Below are positions 1 to 10,879 of a stretch of DNA of 64,000 nucleotides, piece after piece. The DNA is taken from NCBI RefSeq assembly GCF_902713615.1, contig NC_052147.1, positions 167,008,410 through 167,072,409 of the forward strand. The letters are read 5' to 3'. The stretch is from Scyliorhinus canicula (taxonomy: Eukaryota). The notes under the pieces are model-generated. The model worked only from the letters and a program-made list of their open reading frames with translations. It did no database searches and was not told the DNA's origin. The stretch's first letter is position 1. Every line of letters begins with the position of its first letter. A program made the translations under genes and the position numbers.

Positions 1-1375
1 ATGAACGATCTCCATCCTGGTGATCGCCCTTTCCTGGGACCGTCGACCACATCCAGGGCCCTCTGCTGAGTCATGGTGAGGGGCCCAAGGTCCGGCGGTC
101 CCCTCATCAGCTCCCGGCGGTTATGGGCGGCCTTCCCCTGGGAGGAGGGGGGAACAGAAAACGACAGTGTTAGACAGTCCAATGCATGCAGCCCAGGAGG
201 TGGAGCTGGTAGCATCAGAGGCCAGGGCAACTGGCCATGGCGGTCGGTGTGGGTGCTGACATGTGGTGCAGGATGGGGGTTCGAGCACCCTCCGGGTGGA
301 TGGAAGGGGGGTTAGGGCTACGGGTGTGTGGGACCGGGGTTAGTGCCAGAGGCACAGTGTTGCCTACTCACCTTGGCCACCCTGAAGTGCTGGTGCAGTT
401 TTTTACAGCACTACTGGCCGGTCTGAATGATGTTGCTGGTGGCGATGAATACCTCTGCGCCTGTGCCCAGGCATGGTGAATGGCGGACCTGACAGCCTCC
501 TTCCCAGGCCGGGGTACAAGGTGGGCCACCTCTTCTCCACCACATCCAGGAGGATCCCTCGCTCAACGTCCATGAAACGGGGTACCAATCTGCTCACTGC
601 CATCTTGTTGGCTGGGATGGTGTGTGTGGGGAGTGAAGTGTGTATATGCGGCTGCAACTTGTCAGCCTCCTGAGTGTCAATCACGAATCCAGCACTGTTT
701 CTCACTGGAATCGATTGTGTTCCATGTGGTGCCAGTGCTAGCCCCTTAACAATAGGCTGGGGTCTGTCGACTCGTAGAGGGCTGGCCTGGGGTGGAGTTG
801 GGGAGGGGGGGGGCACCCATACAGCCGGTGGCACTCTGCACATCTAAGGACCACAGTTGGCTGTCCATGGGGTGAGCAGCCAGATGGCTGCCTTGCAGGC
901 CATGCAAATGGTGGTCCGTACCCGGACACTCCAGTCATAGGGGGACACGCCGATCTCAGGGCCGTTCGCATGGTCGCTCCCTGCTACTCCCCCCCAGTCT
1001 GGGCAGACATTCCTGGCCAGCTGCCCAATTAGCAGTTCACCATTGAGCCTTTAGTAACTTGGCTTACCTTCTCTCTCCCACATCGCCCACAGCGCCTGTT
1101 CCCAATTTTAAGTAGAACAAGTGAACTGCGCTGTCGTCAATTCCGCTTGGCAGAGGCGGAGAATTGTGTGGAGAATACCACGTCAGGCCCGTTCATGATA
1201 TGCTAATGGCCATTACTGTACAATTTACATGCCCACGCTGGCACCCAGTGTGGACCGCTTTCATGCCGCATAGAGACGTCGGAGCATGGCGATTCGTTAA
1301 ATGCCCAGTGCGGATCTCAATTATCGACTGATAGAGATTCACGATTCCGGCATCGCTGGAGGGAGAATCCCGCCC
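1..1375 (-). mobile_element. PIF/Harbinger transposon end with decayed Myb/SANT-like gene
   Basis: Minus-strand MAVSRLVPRFMDVERGILLDVVEKRWPTLYPGLGRRL (~403-605), homologous to 20160-20382; terminal inverted repeat (TIR) GGAGAATCCCGCCC ending at 1375. Confidence 0.8.
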
Positions 1376-2111
1376 GTGATCTTTTTTTGATCCTAGATCC
1401 TTTCCAGAACATTCAATGGTGGCAGCCATCTTGCTCCACCCAGAGGTTTAAACAATCACGCAAGTGTATAAGGATCAATGAACCAGTCAAGCCAATTAAA
1501 CATAAATGAAAGAAACCATTAAACGTTACAATAACCTCTCCTACAACAAATGATTGAATAATTCACTCACTTTGCCTACACTGAGCTTCAGAATGTCAGC
1601 TTTGGTGAAAGAATATGTGATTTTGTCATGTATTTGATATCAGTAGATTTGTATCTCGTGAACAGAGACATCCCGAGCCTTTTTCCTTCGCCACTGATTT
1701 TTTAAAGTAACAATTGAAGACTCCAGCTCTGCTCTCTAAGTACATGCATTTTAAATATGACTTTCGCCCCACTACTATTGGTTTTGACCCCAACTCCCAT
1801 CTGTCTTGCTATTTTTCTGTTTACTTCTGTTCCAAGGTGACTTCAGCTAACCTGAAACTTAGAACAAAATGAAAGATAGAATGGAAGGAAAAGGACAGTC
1901 TTTAAAATATGAAATAAATACCACCCCCCAACATTGCAGTTGCAATGTCATGAAATAGGTACATGCAGTGATAACATATCATGGGTGTTGGAGCACAATC
2001 TAGAATCTAAGTACCCTGGCAGTTATACATGCACTGTAATTCAAGCAAATTGTTCTGGAAATGTACATCTGTATCTTGACCAGTTTTGGACTCGACTCGG
2101 GTCATGACTCA

Positions 2112-2432
2112 GACAGCACAGTGGCACAGTGGTTAGCACCTGTGAGCCGGGTTAGATTCCGGCCTTGGTTGACTGTCTGTGTGGAGTTTGCACGTCGTCC
2201 CCGTGTCTGCGTGGGTTGCCGCCGGGTGCTTCGGTTTCTTCCCACTGTCCAAAGATGTGCAGGTTAGGTGAATTGGCCATGCTAAATTGCCCTTTAGCGT
2301 CCAAAGGTTAGTTAGGGTTGCTGGATAGGGCGGGGGAGTGGGCCAAGGTTAAGGTGCTCTTTCGGAGGATCAGTGCAGACTCGATGGCTGAATGCCCACC
2401 ACCTGCACTGTAGGGTCTCCCTGACATTCTAT
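2112..2432 (+). mobile_element. HE1/V-SINE upstream of gene 1 promoter
   Basis: tRNA-like head, V-domain core tgtgtggagtttgcac...gtccaaagatgtgcaggttagg, CR1-like tail. Confidence 0.85.
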
Positions 2433-2744
2433 AATTTTATGACATTACAGTGAACTATTGAAAACACACACATTTGACTGGTGCAGGCCCGATGGGCCGA
2501 GGGATTTCCTTTGTGCTGTAGACATTTATGACTCTACAACACCTATTTGAATGTGAAATGACAACTGTTTGGGAATTTCAGTAGTTGTACAATACCCAGA
2601 ACGCCCAGAACACAATGGATTCCAATGAATTGTTGCCTTCTCCACACAATTAAAATGACATTGAGGCAAAAGACATTCACTGTTACATAGGTGCTTTAAA
2701 ATTGTTTTCTTTTCAATGTGTGTATGTGACGTGTGTTTTGCTGC

Positions 2745-2827
2745 CTTTGTGCTGAGTTCAAACTATTGCAATCATTAAAATAACAAAAGTACAGTCCAGG
2801 GAGGCAATTCTGTCCAACATATAAATA
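2745..2827 (+). promoter_or_regulatory. gene 1 proximal promoter: SOX-like CTTTGT + Maf half-site TGCTGAG (2745-2756), AACAAAAG (2782-2789), TATAAATA (2820-2827)
   Basis: Same motifs at similar spacing upstream of all three genes; SOX and Maf factors are established crystallin regulators. Confidence 0.75.
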
Positions 2828-2886
2828 CCAAACTGTGTGAAGTGGTGAAACATAGTCAGTTACTCAGCTAAAACTCTGAGTTCAAA

Positions 2887-5757
2887 ATGGGGAAGGCAAG
2901 GATAAATCAGTTTATGTATTGGATTGGAATTCTTATGCTGTGTTTGAAAAATTATTAATGAATAAACCTGTGACTTTTTCCACAGATCATCTTTTACGAG
3001 GACAGGAACTTCCAGGGTCGGCACTATGAGTGCAGCAGTGACTGTGCTGACCTGTCCCCTTACTTCAGCCGCTGTAACTCCGTCCGTGTTGAGAGTGACT
3101 GGTGGGTGATGTATGAGAAACCCAATTACATGGGATACCAGTATGTTCTGAGCAGGGGAGAATATCCTGACTACCAACGCTGGATGGGATTCAATGACAA
3201 CATCAGGTCATGTCGCTCCTACCCACATGTAAGTTGCCTTTGGTGGTTTGTATGTTCTAATCAAACTGACACTGAGAAAATGATCAGTGTGCTCAACATT
3301 TGAGTTTGTCTGAAATATACAGGTCTGATTTTAGCTTTAGGCAGTGGTGGTTAACAGGTAATGTGTTGTCTGCCTGCCACTTATCCAGCCTAATTTCCTA
3401 ATCTACTGATATGTCTTTCTGTCACTGCAGAAGTTAGTAACAGCTCCTGTAATTTTACAGCTGCTGTTAAGTTATGCAGTTTGGTTGTAAATCAATAGGT
3501 ACACAAACTGGGAAGTTAGTTGCAGGGAGTAAATAAAAGCAAAATACTTGGCATGCTGGAAATCTGAAATTGTCAGCATGGTTTTATGAAGGGTAAGTTG
3601 TGCTTGACAAAGTTCTTTGAAGATGTAACCAGCAAGTTAGATAATGGGGAGCTTGTGGATGTGGTATACCTAGGCTTCAAGAAGGCATTTGTGAAGCTGC
3701 CACATAATAGACTGATCCAGAAGGTGAGATCGCAGGGGATTGGGGATTGAGTACTAAATTGGATTGAGGATTGGCTGACTGACAGGAAGCAGAGGTTTGG
3801 GATAGATGGGTCCTTCTCTGGCTGGGAAACTGTAACTAGCGGGGTGCCACAGTTGAAGTCCTCTGACTTCAACTGTTTACAATCCATATAAATGATCTGC
3901 AAACATAGCAGAATTTGCAGATGATACTAAACTAGGTGGAAAGCAGATGGTGAAGAGAAGATAAAGAGTTCACAGACGAATAGATCGGCTAAGAGAATTA
4001 GCCAAAAATTGGCAGATGGAGTTTAACGTGGATAAGTGTGAGGGTATCCACTTTGGTTATGAAAATAGAAAGAAAAATTATTATCGAAATGGAAAGCAGA
4101 TTCAAAATGAATCTGGGCAGAAGGATCTGGGTGTCTTTGTTCATGAATCTCAGAAAGTCAGTATGCAGGTACAGCATGTAATAAAAACGGCAAATGGAAT
4201 TATAGCGTTTATTGCAACAGGACTGGAGTATAAAAATCGGGTGGTGTATTCCAATTGTATAGGGTGTTGGTGAGGATACACTTGGAGTATTGCATCCAAT
4301 TTTGGTCTCCTTATTTGAGGAAGGATGTGGGGGCATTGGAGGCTGTTCAGAAGAGTTTCACCATGTTGATTCCGGGGATGAAGAGGTTGACGTATGAGGA
4401 GAGGTTGAACAGTTTTGGCTTATAGTCGCTGGAGTTTAGAGAATGAGAGGAGAGCTGATTGAGGTATATAAAGTACTGAGAGGGAATGATAAAGTAAATG
4501 TAGACTAAATGTTCCCCCTTGTAGGGCAATCAAGAATGAGAGGTCACAGATATAGGTTGAGTGGCGGTAGATATAAAACTGAGATGAGGAGGAACTACTT
4601 CTCGCAGAAGGTGGTGAATTTGTGGAGCTTGCTGCCCCATAGTGCGGTGGAATCTGAATCATTAAATGGTTTCAAGAGGGATATAGATATATGAACATGG
4701 GGAACAGGCAGGGAGGTGGATTTGAGACCAGAAAGAGATCAGCCATAACCTGTTCAAGAGTGAGATAGGTATATGAAACCAAGATAGATATATTTCTGAT
4801 TTTAAAAATGGTTAAAGAGATATGGGGAACAGGCAGGGAGGTGGATTTGAGACCAGAAAGAGATCAGCCATGACCTGTTTGAATGGTGGAGCAGGCTCGA
4901 AGGGCTGAAATGCCTACTTATACTCCTCATTCCTATTTTCCTATAAAAACAGAAGAGCTGGAAATGCTTTGCAGGTCGGCTCGTATCTGTGAAGAGAGGA
5001 ACAAAGAAAAAGATTTTGATCATGCAGGATTCTTTTTCAGAACTTTTAGCTCTTGGTGTCTTATGATGACAGCTTGATGCAAAACATATGAATATTCAGG
5101 ATATAATTGTGAATGTTTATTTGCACTCAGATAGTCACCACTGAACACCAAGTTGGCACATTAACAGTGCAGAATGTAATAAAGTTATATATGGATAGTC
5201 ACAAAATGACTGGCTACAAAATATTTACAGATATATTTGTACTCACCTCATTTGTGTTCTTTTAATTTTAAATACTTTATAGGAAAGATAAATCTGCTCC
5301 CACTCAGAGAAACAGGCTCAAACATAATCAACCTATTGAATCAATGTTCATAAATTATCTCAGCTTTGCTCTCTTTGTTGTTGTCATCATCTGGGCTCCA
5401 TTCTACTCCTTCCTTTACAATGTTTCTGTTTTACGATACATAAAAAATGTATATTATAGTTTAATCTTATCTCTATCACAGTACCGAGATGGAAACTACA
5501 GAATGAAGATTTACGAGAGGCCTGACTTTGGAGGACAGATGATGGAATTCATGGATGACTGTCCATCTGTCTACGATCGTTTCCGTTACCGTGACATCCA
5601 CTCCTGCCATGTGATGGACGGTTACTGGACCTTCTATGAACATCCCAACTACAGAGGCCGACAGTACTTCATGAGACCCGGTGAATACAAGAGATACAGT
5701 GACTGGGGCGGCTACAACTCAACTATCGGATCTTTCAGACGCATGAGGGATTTCTAG
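2887..5757 (+). CDS. gamma-crystallin (gamma-S1-like), gene 1; join(2887..2895,2986..3228,5482..5757), 175 aa
   Basis: Exon 1 ATG GGG AAG, then a GC-AG intron (90 bp); 243-bp exon 2 [40 protein letters not shown]...; GT-AG intron 2; 276-bp exon 3 [23 protein letters not shown]...RRMRDF*. Four Greek-key motifs, typical gamma-crystallin exon layout, open frame. Confidence 0.96.
2986..3228 (+). CDS. gamma-crystallin gene 1 exon 2 (Greek keys 1-2)
   Basis: ttccacag|ATC...CAT|gtaagt, 81 codons. Confidence 0.96.
3571..4943 (+). mobile_element. 5'-truncated CR1 LINE in gene 1 intron 2, with a tandemly duplicated 3' end
   Basis: RT fragments ([23 protein letters not shown]) and CR1 3'UTR; splits an older repeat (3536-3570 / 4944-5045). 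Confidence 0.88.
5482..5757 (+). CDS. gamma-crystallin gene 1 exon 3 (Greek keys 3-4)
   Basis: tcacag|TAC...TTC TAG; 3' part of ORF 5344..5757. Confidence 0.96.
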   Translation, partial: YRDGNYRMKIYERPDFGGQMMEFMDDCPSVYDRFRYRDIHSCHVMDGYWTFYEHPNYRGRQYFMRPGEYKRYSDWGGYNSTIGSFRRMRDF

Positions 5758-5785
5758 CCTGTTATTATAAAACATCTGTGAACAT

Positions 5786-5791
5786 AATAAA
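5786..5791 (+). terminator. poly(A) signal gene 1
   Basis: AATAAA 28 nt after stop, followed by T-rich sequence. Confidence 0.8.
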
Positions 5792-6959
5792 ATACCTTGC
5801 GTTACACTTTCATTGTATTTTACTTGCTTATTTTTGGATCCTCATAGCAATGATCCCGAACAGCACTGTTATTTGGTATACTCAAAGTGAGTATTTTACC
5901 ACAATCTTCTCAGCTGTATTATTGTCATTAAAGTGAGTAAATAGAAATAGAAAGGCAGAAAACTGTTGAACTAAGAACGTTCCAGAAAGCATATAAACAG
6001 GCCGATTGTACTATGGGCTGCTGATCTTGCTGAGGTTTGCGTGGTCAATAGGACATCATTTCATTCATATGGCACCTGTAGGCATCTTTTTCCTAACTAT
6101 AACTTCCTCCGCTATGGAATGCTTCCAGCTTCCTTTGGGCTGCTGTGCTTCTGCCCACTGAGCCTGCCTCCCTCTGGTATTCCACCAATGAATCTGTAGT
6201 GCTAAATACAGGAATGATGAAGGTAGCTTTGAATGGAGGGGGTACAATAAAAGAGGAAGGACAACTATTAAGAATGCTGACATGGTGAACAGGAAGCAAT
6301 GTTTGGTACTCATAAATTTAGTGGGGTTAGTACCAAGGTATCAGGTGATGGCTCTTCGGGAGAGGCCATGACAGATGATGGGGCGAAACTCGAGACTGAT
6401 ATAAGATCAGAACCAGCGTGGGGAGATCTTCAGACCAAATTGGGCTCAACGGGCTTGAAGAAATGACGCAAACAATGCTCATGAGAATGTGCTTCATTAA
6501 ATTGAAAATGCATTAGGAACGCATCTCACTTGATAAAAATGCCTCAAGGAATAAGCGAGGAACCTTGACACATGCTGGGATTGTGAAAGATATTCTGAAA
6601 GTGAAAATATTTATTTATTTAGTAATAATATCAATCTATCACCTATTACCATCCTTCAGCTGATGAATCAGTGGTCTTCCATTTTCAACACCACTTGAAA
6701 GTGGCACTGAGGGTGCCAAGAGTACAGAATGTATTGTCACAAATGTGGCGTTTGTAAAATTGTTATGTTTTGGATCTGTCTCTTTAATTTAAAATGAAAC
6801 AGAGGAATGTAGGGGGTCATGTGACATATTTTGAATTCTGCCCAGCATCAAGGCTGGGTGACTTGCTTGCGAAAGGTTAAAGGTTGCACTGGGAAGAAAG
6901 TAGAAGATATTCATGACTGTAAACAAGCAGTTACTTAGCAGTACAGAACTTTGATATAC

Positions 6960-8330
6960 CTGAAAAGAGAGACATGTTGCCAAAGCTTTTTGTCTCGTAC
7001 TATTCAGGACAAATGCAAGAAGGTCAAATTTCAGATTTCAAACAATTACAACAATTCATAATGCAGGAAAAAAATCTCTGCTGATTGGTTGCCAAGTTGA
7101 CTCTGATTGGGCAAGACATTTCCAAGGAGAATGCAAAGGAAAGTAGAAGCTGCCTAACTCCTGGGTAATTCAAAAAAGGCACAAGGTATGAATACATGCT
7201 TTTTGTTTGCAGAGAACAGGTCCATGTTAACACAATCCCGGACCAAACCCCAGCAGTGGCTGGGATACTGGACAGAAACTCCAACATTTTATTTTTAGTT
7301 TGTAAGACTGAGGAAAGGATACCTCAGTCCAGGAGTGATTTCATGCAAGATAGGCTTATGGAATATTAAAACAAACTTTATTACTAACACAGTATTAAAA
7401 TATATTTAACATCACACAAGAAAAATAGCTTACAACTATCCCTCAAACAATGTTAATAAATACAGTGACACAATAACCCTTAATTGCTATCTTTATTCCC
7501 ACTCAAACAACAAAACCATCTCAGCTCTCAATCCACTTTCAAATGCAGTTAACGCTCAAGAATACCTGCTGTACAGAGATATCTGGATACTCTACTTTGA
7601 GACTGTTGTAAGAGATAGGCCTGAATCTTGTCGGAACAATGAAGGAGCTCTGGCTATATTTCTTCAAAAGCTGTTTCTCAGTTTGTTTCAGCTCACCTTC
7701 CAGCCACAGCGCTGATCTGTTCTGTCTACAAACATATCTTTAACCAAACTGCAGTGAGAGAAGACACACTTCTCACATCTCAGTCTGAAACCCAACTGAA
7801 CTGCTTTTCGGCAAAATTGTGGTACCTTAATAAATCCCATTAATAACACCATCTTACCAAGCTGAAATCTAATTAACTGCACAGGGAACCCCCTGAATCC
7901 AAACAAATCTCCACCAGCCCAAACCTTTTACAATACCTTAACTGCACCTCTGGCTCCCAAAACATTTCAAACCAGGATCCTTTAAAAACACTACTGCAGC
8001 AGATATACACACACTAACTCAAGCATTTAACACTCACTGCACCAAAATGTCGACAATACAATTAATCTGAAATTCCTCTATTCATCACACAGTGTATTAA
8101 TGGATGTCACCTCCAACAACTGTAAATGAGCCATGCTACAAATGTTACCGATTAACTTAAATTGTTTGCTTATGTAGCTGGTATCCAATATTCATTCAGC
8201 GTTTCCAGCCAATCAGCACCTTTTTCTCCTGTAGTATAATTTGTCGGGATTGTTTGAAATGTGGAATTCCTGTGTTTGTCCTGATGTGCAAGATGAAAAG
8301 CTTTGAAACATGCCCTTCTTATCAACAACA
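6960..8330. mobile_element. old element with ~130-bp inverted termini, each ending in a degenerate hammerhead-like motif (Penelope-like), interrupted by an LTR-like insert
   Basis: Reverse complement of 6960-7092 aligns with 8206-8330. Confidence 0.6.
7225..8089. mobile_element. solo-LTR-like insert
   Basis: TG...CA termini, interrupts the flanking element; no clean TSD. Confidence 0.45.
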
Positions 8331-8513
8331 TCTGTACACAATGACAAGAGCAGCTGTGCTGATTGAGGACAGACTGTTAGACTACAAATCACAGGGATAT
8401 CTTCATAATGTCCAGCTTTCTAAACAATTATACTTTAAACAGCACTGTTAATTCGAAGATAAAATGAAGTTGGGGCCTAGAAGATAGCTTGTTCGCATTT
8501 ATTCCTGGATATA

Positions 8514-8940
8514 AGGGGCGGGGTTCTTTCAGCCCAGGCCGGGCCGGAGAACCGCCGGGCCGGGCACGAATTGCACGACGCTGCCCTGATGCCGGTCCGC
8601 CGATTCTCCGGAGAGCGGAGACTTGACGCCATTGGCGCCAGAGCAATCGCTCTACGCTCCCCCCCCCCCCCCCACCCCCCTGGGCGATTCTCCGCCCGGG
8701 ATGGGCCGAGCGGCTGCAAATAAAATCCGAGTCCCACCAGCACCGTCCATGTGCGGTCTTACCCGGCGGGACCTCGGCCTGCATGCATCCGGCATGCGCG
8801 CATTGGCGCTGGTTGCAGTGCGCATGCGCAGACCTGCGGTGCCCATTTGACACTGACATCGGCAGCTGGAGCAGCATGGGTTGCTCCACTGCCATGCTGG
8901 CCCCCTGTAGGGGTCAGAATCGCTGCTCCTGAGGGCATGT
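8514..8940. mobile_element. truncated non-autonomous Harbinger (GC-rich)
   Basis: TIR-like start, internal GATTCTCC/GGAGAA repeats, C-run. Confidence 0.65.
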
Positions 8941-8979
8941 TGAGGAGAGTGGAGAAAGAGAGCAGGAGCAAGACTCTAT

Positions 8980-9611
8980 GGGCGAGATTCTCCGCAAATG
9001 CGGAGAATCGTAAAGGCTGCCGTGGGACAGGCCGTGACCAACAGCAGCCTTCACGCCCACTTCCGGGGCCGATTCTCCCCCCCAGGCCACCTAGGAGCGT
9101 GGCCCCGTGCGCACAGCGGCGCGGCCTTGATGACGGTCGTCAAGGCCGCACGTCAAGCGTCACGCCGGCTGACGCAGCGCATGCGCAGTTGGCATCTTTT
9201 CCCTCAGCCACCCCGCAAGACGTGGCGGCTTGATCTTGCAGGGCGGCAGACGGAAAATAGTGCGTCCGTTATGGACGCACGGCCCGCGATCGGTGCCCAC
9301 CGATTGCGGGCCTATGCCCCCCTTGGCACGGCTGTGGTGCTGCCGTCCCAATCGGGCCCAAACGGGCATCTGGCGCCCGTTTCACGACGGCAGTGAGCAG
9401 GTGTATTTGCTGCCATGTTGAAACGGGCGTGAAGGCCCGGCCGCTCGGCCCATCGGCCTCGGAGAATCGCCGCTCGCCGTAACAAGTGGCGAGTGCCGAT
9501 TTGTGGCGTGGGTCGGGCGTGGGGGGGGGGAGAATAGCGGGAGGGCGTAAAAAATATTGGGAGGCCCTCCCGCTATTCTCCCACCCAGCATGGGGGCGGA
9601 GAATCGCGCAC
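8980..9611. mobile_element. non-autonomous Harbinger, 632 bp, TSD TAT
   Basis: tat|GGGCGAGATTCTCC...GGAGAATCGCGCAC|tat; same family as 36301-37015 in the opposite orientation. Confidence 0.88.
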
Positions 9612-9666
9612 TATGTATCCCATGAATAATGTGGATGACAGTTTTTCCTAGGATTGAAGAAATTAG

Positions 9667-10525
9667 GGGCGCGATTCTCCGCCCCCCACGACGGGTCGGA
9701 GAATAGCGGGAGGGCCTTCCCGACATTTTTCCCGCCCTCCCGCTATTCTCCCCCCCCCCCCCCCCGCCCAACTCCCGACACGAATCGCTGCCGCCGTTTT
9801 TTTACGGCCGGCAGCGATTCACAGCTGATACAGGGGCCGAAGTCCCAGCCCTTTACGCTGTTTTTACGAACGGCAAACACACCTGGTCTGGCCATTCGTA
9901 AAAACGGCGGGAACAACTCGCTTTTTATAACCATGGCACCGATTGGTACGGCAGTACCACGGCCGTGCCAAGGGTACCATGGGCCCGCGATCGGTGGGCA
10001 CCGATCGAATCCCCATTTCCCCATATCCCCATTCCCCCATATCCCCCTTCTCCATATCCCCCTTCCCCCAAATCCCCCATATCCCCCCTCTCCCCAAATC
10101 CCCCAAATCCCCCATATCCCCTTCCCCCATATCCCCCTTCCCTCATATCCCCATTCCACCATATTCCCCTTCCCCCATATCCCCTTCCCCCAAATCCCCC
10201 ATATCCCCTTCCCCCAAATCCCCCTTCCCTCATATCCCCATTCCCCCATATTCCCTTCCCCCATATCCCCCCTTCCCCCAAATCCACCATATCCCCTTCC
10301 CCATATCCCCCTTCCCCCATATCCCCCTTCCCCCAAATCCCCCATATCCCCCCTTCCCCCATATCCCCTTTCCCCCAAATCCCCCATATCCCCCTTCCCC
10401 CATATCCCCCCTTCCACCATATCCCTCTTCCCCTACCGTGGGATCGGCCCATTCACGCCGTCGTAAAACGCGATGGCGTTTCTGATGGCGTGGACACTCT
10501 GCCGCAGGATTAGAGAATCCTGCCC
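9667..10525. mobile_element. composite non-autonomous Harbinger containing a minisatellite
   Basis: GGGCGCGATTCTCC...AGAGAATCCTGCCC; no matching TSD. Confidence 0.7.
10010..10432 (+). repeat. C-rich minisatellite (CCCCATATCCCCCTT-like units)
   Basis: ~420 bp of C-tracts separated by ATAT, AAAT or TT; no G on the + strand. Confidence 0.95.
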
Positions 10526-10879
10526 CTGGTTCCTGAATAGTGAAGTGTCCATGTAAGGGACAAGCTAAAGTAAGATAGTAATGGGGAATGTTAGGTTGCT
10601 TTAAAAGAAAATGGGAACTTTTCTGTAGTTTAAACTATAAATTGCATACAAAAATAATGTTCAGACAATATTGCTCTTCGTTTGTTTAATAGAAAAGTTG
10701 TAAAACTTGACATTTTGTGATCCTTTCAGTTAGTCACTGGAAAATTCAATTATATTTTTAAAAGTTATTGGGAATGTAATACCATTTTGTCTTGGAGAAT
10801 TCAATGTCCCATCACAAAGAGTAGCACAGTTGCACCAGTACTAAATGATTTGGCTGGGTCCTGAAGGCCATATCTGCCA

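Noticed and set aside
5344-5481. N-terminal extensions of ORFs 5344, 30617, 33317 and 56768
   Set aside because: Intronic read-through upstream of clear splice acceptors
9654-10513. Long Pro-rich and Gly-rich ORFs in all frames
   Set aside because: Products of a stop-free minisatellite; no gene structure
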